DNA of 64,000 bases from the human T2T-CHM13v2.0 reference genome, Homo sapiens, in NCBI RefSeq assembly GCF_009914755.1, contig NC_060927.1; one strand, 5' to 3'. Position 1 is the first letter of the stretch. Every line of letters begins with the position of its first letter. Shown piece after piece: positions 52,926-64,000 of the stretch. A program made the position numbers and the translations under genes. Under the pieces are notes generated by a model. That model ran no database searches. It was given only the letters and a program-made list of their open reading frames with translations, and was not told the origin of the DNA.

Positions 52926-55454
52926 TTCTTCCCCCTCTTCCTTTCCCTTCCCTTTCTAGATTCCAAGTGCAAGAAACCAAAATTATCAGACTGTGCAAAA
53001 TGGCAGTTTCAAAGTATTTTGTGCCAAGGTCCATTTAGGTTCCAAAATATTCCCATCCCACTGCTTATTTCTGTGTTCTTGCCGTCTGATGTGTATCTGC
53101 GTGTCTCTTTGATTATACACTGCTGTCACTCAGAGCGCCGACAGACACCAACAGATTCTGTTACAACAGCTGATTGTACAGGCCTGCCTCAGCATTTGAT
53201 CAGCAAAGATTCCACTCAGACCCCAAAGAAACCGTACTACCAGCCAACTTTATTTTAAGAAATTGGTTGCTTTATTTACAAAGAGACCCTTCCAAAAGGT
53301 TTCCCAGCAGAACCTAAATTGGCCATTTTATATAAAATAATTAAAAACTAGGTTCCAACCGTGTTGTTTATGGAGGGTCTGCCACATGTGCAATACAGAC
53401 AAAGCAAGGCCTTAATGCTTTATTAGATTAGAATCATTTCTAGTGCTTAAGCATTTTGATGAAATTTGCTCAATTTTCTGGGTGTGTTTCACATGAAAAA
53501 ATTAAATGTCTTTTGGCAGTTCCATTAAATAGACACCGGCAACATCTCTGGATTGTATAGTGCTCAGAAATCAGTGATATAACATTTTGCTTAATCCACC
53601 AATTGAGAAATGTACTGCAGCAACTTTCTTTTCTTCTGGTCCATACGTGATCATTACTGTATATGAAGAGTGAACCTGTAGCAGGGGCATTTTCTTTTTA
53701 GTTAGAAAAACAAGCCAACACCATATACTATGTCATTGTGTGAATGAGTAAAAGTTGTCATCTCTGGGCAGGTGTGCCCCATAGGCTCTCTGGCAAAATC
53801 CCAGAGCAGGCAGAATCTCGGTACCAGCCAGTCTCTCAGGACAGTGCACACACTGAGGAACAAGACACAGGATACGTTAGTCAAGCTAGGAGTGCCCTTT
53901 CCTTGCCCAAATAAGAACAGTGCCTCTACTTTGGGCATCTTGATCTCTCTCTCTTAAAGCTTTAGCCTCTGAGTTAGTTGTCTTTTCCCCACAAATTGGT
54001 CAAGGGTACCTTGATCCTAAAACAAAATATTTTTTCTCTGCTCCTCTGTTCTTAATTTGTATTTATTGGGCATCTCATGTATACTAGCACATAGAATGTC
54101 TTTGATAAATGTCTGTTGAATGATTAATTGTGTATTTATCTTGCTCATGTGGACTGAAAGATCACAGCAAGAATGAATACAGTCCACTTTAGGTCCTAGA
54201 GATGATGTTTGTCATTTTGTGGGCAGAAGGAAAGCAACCTTTTTTTTTCCTTCCATCCTGTTCACATTTCCCTAGTGTCTGGGAGGGTAGATATATTCGT
54301 TTCATAGTCTATGGCTGCAAGGTAACAATTTTCTATTGGTACAAACACAAGAGGTTGAATTTTCAACAAATTTAGTGAAGGGCTATTCATAGATACAGTA
54401 TGTGGATTTGAAAAGCCCTCAAAGGCCACTTTGTTCCTAAAGGTCTTTCTCTCTCTGGAGTTCTATTCTTGAATCCCTTCATTAGACATGAGTTTGAGAT
54501 ACTTTTATGCTGAGTTGACCCTGAAAAGAATTTGCCCTTATATTTCCACCCTCATCCTTTTAAATTAGAAAAAGAGAAAATCAGATGCCATGGTAGACAG
54601 AGAGAAGGTGGGAAAAATGTAGAGAAGGCTCCAACTTTCTGAAAGCTTTTAAAGAAGATGTTTTAGCCTTTGGGACACACCTAAGCCCAAGTGACCAAAT
54701 GACCAAGAATTGAATGACCTGTCTTTTTTCATTTTCATCAGGCAAGATCTACCAATGGGCAAAGAACTGAAAAAAAATAGAAGTCAGGACATTACCTAAA
54801 CTTTGCCCCTAAAAAACACTTCTCAAAAGTTGACACCGGATTTCCTTCTTTGGGATGGGATGATATAAAGGGTGAAAGATACCCTTGTTGCACTTTTGAG
54901 CGTCCAGGGCTAGCTGAGCATATTTGTTCCATTATTGAAAAGGGGGATTAGTTGAGCATATTCTTCTAGTGGTTCCTGGTCAGTCTATGAATTTTAGAAC
55001 CACTGACACTGCTCTTTTTATTCTGTCCTATTCTGCTTTTAACTTGATGTCAGTTACCGGTCTCCATTGTTCCCTGCACCTTACGTATTGTTCCATTACT
55101 TTTCGTGAGTCATGATTCAGGGAGGAGGAATGAGAAGGGCCAAAAAACACACTAAGAACATCTTTCATCACTGGATTGCAAATTAAACAAGGTTAATCCT
55201 CACAACTTCCCTGTGAGGTTAGGAAGCTTATTAACACCTTTGACATCCTGGAGGACACAGAGGCTTAGTGCCCTTCTGGCAGGGCACAGAGCTGGCTTCC
55301 TGACTTCTCTAATCATTCAGGGCCTCACCCTAGCATTCCCATTCTCTTCTCCTCCAACATATCTCCTCTAAGAAGGGAAGCTCACCCCTTGCCTTCAGTG
55401 GCTGGCATAGAAAAGTTCACATGAAAAAATAAACCTCAAGTCTCCTATTCCTTC

Positions 55455-55680
55455 CTGTGGAAAAGCCCTGGATTTGCAGTCAGAAATGCCAGGTTCAAAT
55501 CCTGGCACTCTGACTTATTATGAAGTACTTTTGTTTTCTGAACCTTGCTTCCCTCATCTATAAACTGGATCAATAGATGCAATTGGCATACACACGAGAG
55601 GAAGAATTGTGAAGAAATTAGATGAAAGGCTATCCACAGTGTGTGTATCCACAGAGTGCGGACTTGAAAAAACCCTCAAA
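55455..55680 (+). mobile_element. MIR
   Basis: CAGGTTCAAATCCTGGCACT...TTCTGAACCTTGCTTCCCTCATCTATAAA. Confidence 0.55.
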
Positions 55681-55911
55681 AATCTACCCTGTCCCCAAGT
55701 TCTTCTGCAGGTTCACTTCTTGGGATTGTTCTGGGGATTAAAAAGAAATAATATAGATGTAAGGCCAAGCAGAGTCTTGGTACATGCTAGGTACCCAACT
55801 AAGAGTCATCGGTCGGAAAAAAAGATGAGTGAACAAGATCTCAGAAGTGAGACCAAGGAAGCCTTTTCCTAGGCACATGGTGGAAAATTACTTACTAAAA
55901 ATAGTTTTAAA

Positions 55912-56598
55912 ATGTTTTTAATTTTTAATTTTATTTGAAACAATTATTGTGCAAATTTATGGGATACTGTGTGATGTTTCAGTACATGCATACATCATGT
56001 AATGATCAAATCAGGGTATTGAGCGTATCACCTCAAATATTTAACATTTCCTTGTAGAGAGGACATTTAGAATCCCCTCTTCTAGTTATTTTGAAATGTA
56101 CACTATAATATTGTTTACTATAGTCATGCTACTGTGCTATAGAACACTAAGACTTATTCCTCCTCTCTAACTGTAATTTTTTACTCTTTGACCGATTTCT
56201 CCTCATTATCCCCTTCCTCCTACCCTTCCCAGCCTCTGATAACAACTATCCTACTGTGTACTTCTATGAGATAAACTTTTTTAGATTCCAGAAGTGAATG
56301 AGATCATGTGGTATTTATCTTCCTGTGCTTTGGTTTACTTTACTTAGCATAATGCCTTCCAGGTTCATTCATGTGCTGCAAATGGCAGGATTTCATATTT
56401 TTATGGCTGAATAGTATTCCATTGTCTATATATCTTCTTTATTCTTTATCCATATTTTCATTATCTGTACATCCACTGATGGACACTTAGGTTGATTTCA
56501 TATCTTGGCTATTGTGAATAATGCTGCAATAAACATGGGAACACATATGTCTCTTCAACATACTGACTTCATTTTATTCGGATAGGTACCCAGAAGTG
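55912..56598 (-). mobile_element. L1MA4-6-like 3' end
   Basis: T-rich tail, TGTAATGATCAAATCAGGGTA, ATGGCTGAATAGTATTCCATTG, GCTATTGTGAATAATGCTGCAATAAACATGGG. Confidence 0.85.
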
Positions 56599-57089
<491 letters not shown>

Positions 57090-57529
57090 TGAAAGTACTT
57101 TTAATGGAAAGGAACGCCTTCCTAATATCCAAATACCCTTTTCTCCCTGCCCTCCTGTGACTAAAATGCCTTTAGTCTCTGACCAAGCTTATCTTGTCCT
57201 CCGTCCATGCCCCAATTTTAGGGAGGTATCACAAGAGTAATGAATAATAGTAAACTCACCACTGGAAGGAGAGAGGAAAAATACAAAGAATTAGTTAAGA
57301 AGAGAAACACAGGAGAGAAGCAGAGCACAAGGGAGGGAAGCCTAGTAAGGGGTGGGCAATTTGGTAAAATCTGCTCCATTACTTCACAGTGCTTCCCCTG
57401 GGCTGGCCTTAAAGAGAGCAGTGAGGATATTGAGTAGGTGCAGTGGATAAGACAGCTATTATAGTTTAACTTTATACCAGTTCTGTAGACATCAAGGCAT
57501 TATGTAGCAAACCTTTATACCAGGACCTA

Positions 57530-57925
57530 GTTATATCCAGTAGGATTAGTGCATTTTTCTACAAGTACAGAGAAACAGGCAAAGAGTAGTTTAAATGAGT
57601 AATAGCTTTATTCGTCCCATGGCACATAAATTCACAGGTTAGCAGTCCAGGATTAGTGCAATGGTTCCAGGTGTGCTAGCCCTTTTACCAACTTTCTGCC
57701 CTGCCAATCTTGATGTATGGCATTAGCATTCAATGTGGTTGCTACATGTGCAGATTATCATGTACACACACACAAAGAAGAAAAGCAAAAGGGGTGAATA
57801 AGAAATTGGGTTCCATATAAGAAATAAACTCTCCCAGTAACTCTCGGCTCTCTTTGTATTGGACAGAATTGTGTTGTATGGACACAACTAGCAGCAAGGG
57901 AGCTTGGGGAAGAGAATTCTGTGGT
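57530..57925 (-). mobile_element. MLT1 (K/L-like) LTR
   Basis: CAGGTTAGCAGTCCAGG and TATTGGACAGAATTGTG...CTAGCAGCAAGGGAGCTTGGG motifs. Confidence 0.5.
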
Positions 57926-57994
57926 ATGTGCAATATAAACTTCTTCCATTTATGCTATTACATCTTTGGTAAAATCCACATTGTGTCTTTAGAA

Positions 57995-58182
57995 CTGTAC
58001 TGCACAGTATAGCAGTCAATAGTCACATGTGGCAATTTAAATTTAAATTCATTAAAAATTGAATAAACTTAACACATTATTTATCCCATAGCACTCGCCC
58101 CATGTGGCAGGTGGCTACCATATAGGACAGTGCTGATGTAGAGCATTTCCATCATCACAAAAAGTCCTGCTGGACAGCACTC
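57995..58182. mobile_element. MER3
   Basis: TAGTCACATGTGGCAATTTAAATTTAAATT...AGAGCATTTCCATCATCACAAAAAGTCCTGCTGGACAGCAC. Confidence 0.8.
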
Positions 58183-60129
58183 TTTAGCTAAAGCTGAGGA
58201 TTTGCAGAATCTTGCATAAGAGTTGGTAGAAGTAGAAAACATTACATAAAAGACAGCTGAAATTCTTGGCAATGGCAAAGGCTCCAACTGCTGATGATAT
58301 TGGAGGAGGGTGGCTGAGGAACCAGGATAGGGACTGGATTTCAGAATATTTGCTGTTAGTTGGTGGCAGAAGCAAAGCCAGTAAAACCTTTTCACAAGGA
58401 AGATCTCTGGCCTTCCTTCAAAACATCTGAGATTGCCGTCCAGATTTGGAAAACTGAGTCAAGTATAGCCCCTTTTCTCACAGTATTGACAGTTAGGGAG
58501 TATCTCCCTTCTCTGAAATGATCATGAAGAATGTATTTTGGATTTAATTTTTTCCTACAGCTAGCTCAGTCCGGTTTTTAGAAGCTCCTGGAAGCTGAGG
58601 GGTGGAGACATGGTGGTCTGATTCCCAAGAATTTAGCAGCATTATTTGTCTAAGCATTAGGGGGAATTATTCAGCTAAGTCCCAACGACTTGACGGCAAG
58701 TTTACCTCTGAGAGTGTATTTCCCCTTCCTTCATCACTTCAGTCTCATTACTTACACCACATCTTCTGCTTGAATCCCACAAGATGCTCATCTGTCCAAA
58801 GGCTTATGATGTGGCCTCACTCTGAATGGCTTCAATTTGAACTTTGCTTTGAACTTGCTAGCTTTACTCCTCCTGCTTTTCCTGGGCCACATGTACAGTT
58901 AAATCACATGCTTATTTCTGACACTTGGAGCTGAACTAATGCCATGAAAACCATGTGACATTGGTTTTCCACTCCTGGTTCTTTTTGAAATGGCAGTCTA
59001 TTTCATATCTGGGAATCAGTGGTAGGGACTCTGCTAGGAGAGTGGCTCTTCTGATAAAATGCTATGTATGGTACCACAGCTGAAAGTTTTCCTCTCCCAG
59101 CTCTGGTTAAAATTAATTATACTTATTGCTTCCCTTCTCATTTATCTTTATGTCTAGAAAGTGATAGAAAGTTTTGATCTTCCTTTTGTGGTTCCAGGGC
59201 AGTCACAGTTACCAGTAATTAAAGACACAGGGCCCGTCGTAGTCATGAAATCAGAATTGAATTGTGAACCTAGTGAACGGGGACCACTTGCCTCTGCATG
59301 AGGCTTTTATAACTTTTTCTCTACAGTAGGGACCCAGTTGGCACCCAGTAAGTAATAAATAATAATGATAAGTAGTCTCGCCTTGTGCTTTCCAGAACGG
59401 TGCCTTGCTTTTTCTAATTTTGTAAAATGGCTTCCTGATGAAGTGGAATGTCCATGTCACGATTGTGGAAAATATGGATTGGTATTCAATGAAATATTAA
59501 TGATTATCCACTTACTGGGGCTTTCCTTTGTGAAGACTGAAATAAAAAAGGAGCTAGATTTCTTGATAATGAGTTAAAACATGATTGCTTCAGTATTAAC
59601 TGTGGCTGAAACATGCCTTTTTTTCCCCCTCTTATTCTACCTCATTCTGTCTCTCTTCTGAGTGCCCTCATTTTGGGTATTTTTATTCTTTACTAAGAGC
59701 TTCAGACAGATAATGACATGGTTTGAATGGGCAGGGTATATGATGCTAGAATGTACCAGAAATCAGTCTTGCCTCCATCATATTGCAATTTTTAAATTTA
59801 ACATTAAGAGAACTATTTAACTGTAAAATGGGAATAATGATACCTAGTTCATAGCTTTGTGGTGAGGATTAACGAAAAAGTAGCTATGAAGTGCGCTAAT
59901 GTCTGGCACATAGTAAGACCTCAAGATAGCTTGCTTTAGCCATTCTACAACGTACACATACTTTAAAATAACTTGTTGTACATGAAAAACATATACAATT
60001 TTTAATCGTCATTTTAAAAAAGTACCTCAAGAAATGCTAATTTTTATCATTTGGTGGTAGTGGTGCAGAGGAAGACAGAAGGCAGGTAAAATCCCAATCT
60101 GCCCATTTGCTTGTTAGTCGCTTGGATGA

Positions 60130-61000
60130 GAGATGTGGTGGAGCAGCTTGTCACAAGGAGCGGCTGTCATGAGATTTGGGGATTATCTGTGGGTTTCTGC
60201 TTCCTGCCCTCTTCTGCTTCCTGATACCATTTGAGAGTGGTTCTGCTGACTTTGAGCATGCTCTGGAGCTTCCTCCACACCTTTGATGATGCTGTCAGGA
60301 TTAGCAAGAGTCACTCAGTCTTTCAAGACCCACTAAAAGAAGAGATGCCTCTGAGTTCTGGAAGGAATGGGTGTTGGCTTTGGAAGGGGTTCAGACTCTG
60401 GGAATTCACTGTGCTGTGCTTTTCTTTCTCAGCAACTGCCACCTGCAGCCACCAGTGTGGGCTCCCACTGGTACTCCCTACTCCCCACCCCCTCCTTGGG
60501 CTGTCTGCAGCCTTATCTGGAGAGTCAGAGAAGGCTGAGGTGAGATGAAGCGATAAGCAGGAAGTGCAGTGGAATTTCATTCCTGGAAAAAAAAAAAGGG
60601 ACCTTGGCATGAGTAGCAGAATGGAGGGTTTGGGATGTTAATCACTGCTCCTTTTATCAGACAGCTTTATTAAGATCAATGTTTTTTGTTGCCAAATTAG
60701 AGTGGACCTAGAGCGAACTTCCCAGCAGTTATTAACACAAGTCCACATTTGCTGGAAGGATTGGGTATCTCCACGTGCTCAGCCATAGCTGGAAGTTACA
60801 CAATATCTATATCATTTTTCACAGCTTTGTCATTAGCTGGTAATGATTTGATTATTTTGCAGATGAATCACAGTATAAATCTCTTTCACAAACACTACCT
60901 CCAAGTATTAATCAAAACCATTAAGGCAAAGCAGTCGGTGCAAATTAAAAAATTTGCATGTCTAAATTAAAAATTACAGTAATACATCATAAATAAATCT
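60130..61000. promoter_or_regulatory. Candidate enhancer region (GATA/ETS motifs, then homeodomain/octamer motifs)
   Basis: Repeat-free; TTATCT x2, CTTCCTG x2, CAGGAAGTG, CACGTG, several TAAT/ATTA, ATTTGCAT. Function is inferred only. Confidence 0.35.
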
Positions 61001-61095
61001 TTTAAATTCTCTATGGCCTCTATGTACATCCTTTCTTTGGTGTGCATATTCTATAATGAGACCATGAATACCAAGCTTTTCTCTCATATAAATAA

Positions 61096-61103
61096 ATATA
61101 TAT

Positions 61104-61148
<45 letters not shown>

Positions 61149-61156
61149 TATACACA
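61096..61156. repeat. Compound (TA)n(CA)n microsatellite
   Basis: Short (TA)n, then about 16 uninterrupted CA units at 61112-61144. Confidence 0.95.
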
Positions 61157-62603
61157 TTATTTAATTGTAAAGGTAGAATTCAGGTCCTTAGGTAGAACCT
61201 GGTATTAGAACATGAAAGGGAAGGGAGAGATTTTCTTTTCCTTTTTCCCATTTCTTTCTTTCTTCCCAACAAAAGATTCAAAGACAGCACAAAAAAAGAA
61301 GAGAATAGGAGCTATTGCAGATAATTTGCAGCGTCTCCCGTTGTCGCAAAGTAAATATTTGTAAAAGGTGATGCTTCTTTTTCAAATAACTTTGAACTGT
61401 GAGGAAAATTACCAAGTTGTGTTTTAGGTAATATTTCATTTTGGAACTATTAACACATTACTTGCAATAAGGGAGGAAATTAGAGGGCTTTGAGTGATGA
61501 AAGCCACCTTTGGCATTAAAAAACTATTATTATTCCCTTGAAACACTAAAGCAAATTAAAACAGGAAAATGAAACTTTCAAGTGCCCTGGATTTGAAAAG
61601 GCATTTTTCCCCCTTTCATTTGTCAAAAAAAAAAATTAATGACTTGTTTCACTGGAAACCTGGAAGAAATAATTTATTAGGCAGAAAGCACTCTTTTCAA
61701 AATGCCTTTGCCAGGAGTTTAGGGGAGTGATACTGCCCTGTAAGTCTCCACCATGTACTGTGCTTAAATAGGCCTCCTGTGAGTGGAATATAGACTAGTA
61801 TATGCTAAAGATCCATCTCAGTTCCAGGTAATGGAATGGCAGCAGTAATTAGAAAGCACTTTTGCTCTGCCCAGGATTTAACCCAATTAACCTATCTATA
61901 ACCTATTAACCTAATTAAATAGAAGAGCTTCTCAGTGAGAAAGATACGCAGGACTCTACCCATTTGTGGGTAGAGGGTGGAAGGAGGGCATGGTTTAGGG
62001 AATATTATAATTTGAAGTCCAATTTTTTGTAACAGAAGTGGGGCATCAAAATACAATTCCAAAGTGCTTGGTGTTTCCCTCACAGAAGGCCATGGAATTA
62101 GGCAGCAGGTTAGTTTTATACTCACTTATGCTTCCCTGCCTTGTGGGAATTTTACCTTAAATTATTTTTTACTGATACCGATTTGGCAAGAGGCAAGGAA
62201 AGCCATTCTGCCCAAGACTCTGTTTATCATGTGTTCCTTACTTCATAAAAACTTCAAAAAGAGTAAAGAGAAAATCCTTTTATCATTTTTTTTTTTAGTT
62301 TAACTCAATCCTATGCAATTAACACCATGGCTGGAAATTTGACAGCATAGCTTAAAATTCATTAAAAGGCAGGATTTATAACTGGCTCTTTACTAACTTG
62401 AGTGACCTTACCAAATTGTGTAATCTTGCTGAGTCTCAGTTTACTCATCTGTGTAAATGAGTGGGCTGGATGAGATGGTCTCATAAAGGTTTTTTCCAGC
62501 TCTAAATACTTTGTGATTTTATATGATTACTTCTCCCTCTACTTCCTCTTCTTTTGATTCCATTTCACCAAAAATAAATGCTTCTTGAATGACTTTGGTT
62601 AGA

Positions 62604-62800
62604 ACTGCATAGTCTAATATGAATGATAGCCATTTGTTTATTTAAAGTTAAATAAAATTAAAATTAAATTAAATCAAAAATTCAGTTTTTAAATCATACT
62701 AGTCACATATCAAGTGCTCAGTAGCCACATGTGACTAATGGTTATTTTATTGGACAGCACAGATGTAGAACATTTAGATTAATGCAGAAAATCCTACGTG
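62604..62800. mobile_element. MER3
   Basis: AAAAATTCAGTT...CTAGTCACATATCAAGTGCTCAGTAGCCACATGTG...TATTGGACAGCACAGATGTAGAACATTT. Confidence 0.7.
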
Positions 62801-62964
62801 CTGAATGAACCTGAAACATCTCTTTTCTTAGATTTTCACATTTGCTTGGTTGTGCAATGTCCAGTCTTTTGTTTATGTATGACAAGGGAAGCCAGACTCT
62901 TATGGAAAATTCATCTTTATTCAGTTTAATTTTAGAGACATTCTGTCACATCCATAAGGCATTT

Positions 62965-63078
62965 AACTAGACACTCAGCTGCTTACTAGCTGTAAAATCT
63001 TGTGCAAATGGTTCAGCCCTTCTGAGCCTCAGTTTTTCTACCAGTAAAATAGGTGTAATAGTACCTATTCTGCAGCGT
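62965..63078 (+). mobile_element. MIR fragment truncated by L1
   Basis: CTTACTAGCTGT...TTCTGAGCCTCAGTTTT...GTAAAAT...TAATAGTACCTA. Confidence 0.6.
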
Positions 63079-63079
63079 G

Positions 63080-64000
63080 TTTTTTTATATTATTATTATA
63101 CTTTAACTTCTGGGATACATGTGCAGAACGTGCAGGTTTGTTACATAGGTATACACGTGCCATGGTGGTTTGCTGCACCCATCAACCTGTCATCTACATT
63201 AGGTATTTCTTCTAATGTTATCTCTCCCCTAATCTCCCACTCCACAACAAGCCTTGGTGTGTGACCTGCCTCTCCCCCTGTCCATGTGTTCCAATTGTTC
63301 AACTCTCACCTATGAGTGAGAACATGTTGTGTTTGGTTTTCTGTTCTTGTGTTAGTTTGCTGAGAATGATAGTTTCCAGCTTCATCCATGTCCCTGCAAA
63401 GGACATGAACTCATCCTTTTTTATGCCTGCATAGTATTCCATAGTGTATATGTGCCACATTTTCTTTATCCAGTCTGTCATTGTTGGGCGTTTTGGTTGG
63501 TTCCAAGTCTTTGCTATTGTGAACAGTGCCTCAGTAAATATACATGTGCATGTGTCTTTATAGTAGAATGATTTATAATCCTTTGGGTATATGTAATGGG
63601 ATTGGTGGGGCAAACGGTATTTCTGGTTCTGGATCCTTGAGGAATCGCCACACTGTCTCCCACAATGGCTGAACTAATTTACACTCCTACCAACAGTGTA
63701 AAAGCGTCCCTATTTCTCCACATCCTCTCCAGCATCTGTTGTTTCCTGACTTTTTAATGATCGTCATTCTAACTGGCGTGAGATGGTATCTCATTGTGGT
63801 TTTGATTTGCATTTCTCTAATGAACAGTGATGATGAGCTTTTTTTCATGTTTGTTGGCTGCATAAATGTCTTCTTTTGAGAAGTGTCTGTTCATATCCTT
63901 TGTCCACTTTTTATGTTTTTTTTTCTTGTAAATTTGTTTAAGGTCTTTGTAGATTCTGGTTATGAGCCCTTTGTCAGATAGATAGGTTGCAAAAATGTTC
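63080..64000 (-). mobile_element. L1PA7/8-like LINE-1 3' end; continues beyond the window end
   Basis: TATACTTTAACTTCTGGGATACATGTGCAGAACGTGCAGGTTTG 3' UTR; ORF2 C-terminus YKDTCTCIFTEALFTIAKTWNQPK...WMKLETIILSKL. Confidence 0.92.

Overview
Primate (human-like) non-coding genomic DNA, AT-rich and CpG-depleted. I found no credible protein-coding exon, RNA gene or CRISPR array. Every ORF in the supplied track that looks protein-like is a transposon relic (MaLR internal ORF, L1 ORF2 C-terminus, Tigger1 transposase, antisense Alu); the rest look like chance ORFs. A large part of the window is recognisable interspersed repeat: a THE1B-type MaLR provirus end, five AluS, one AluJ, one Alu monomer, about nine 5'-truncated L1s (L1PB1-, L1PA-, L1MA/MB/ME-like), a near full-length Tigger1, and many MER/MIR/L2/MLT/LTR16 relics. 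Subfamily names come from remembered consensus sequences and need RepeatMasker/Dfam confirmation. I cannot support a new coding system here. The best leads are structural or regulatory: (1) an unexplained ~120 bp sequence present twice (31449-31572 and 33119-35023), with the second copy split by an old L1, which dates the duplication; (2) an inverted templated insertion inside Tigger1; (3) a foreign 30 bp in-frame insert and a perfect 33 bp duplication in one L1; (4) CpG-retaining, motif-dense, repeat-poor blocks at about 35.4-37.4 kb, 51.9-52.1 kb (E-box + CRE palindromes just upstream of a consensus 5' splice site) and 60.1-61.4 kb that look like enhancers or a lncRNA promoter/exon. The locus cannot be named from sequence alone.
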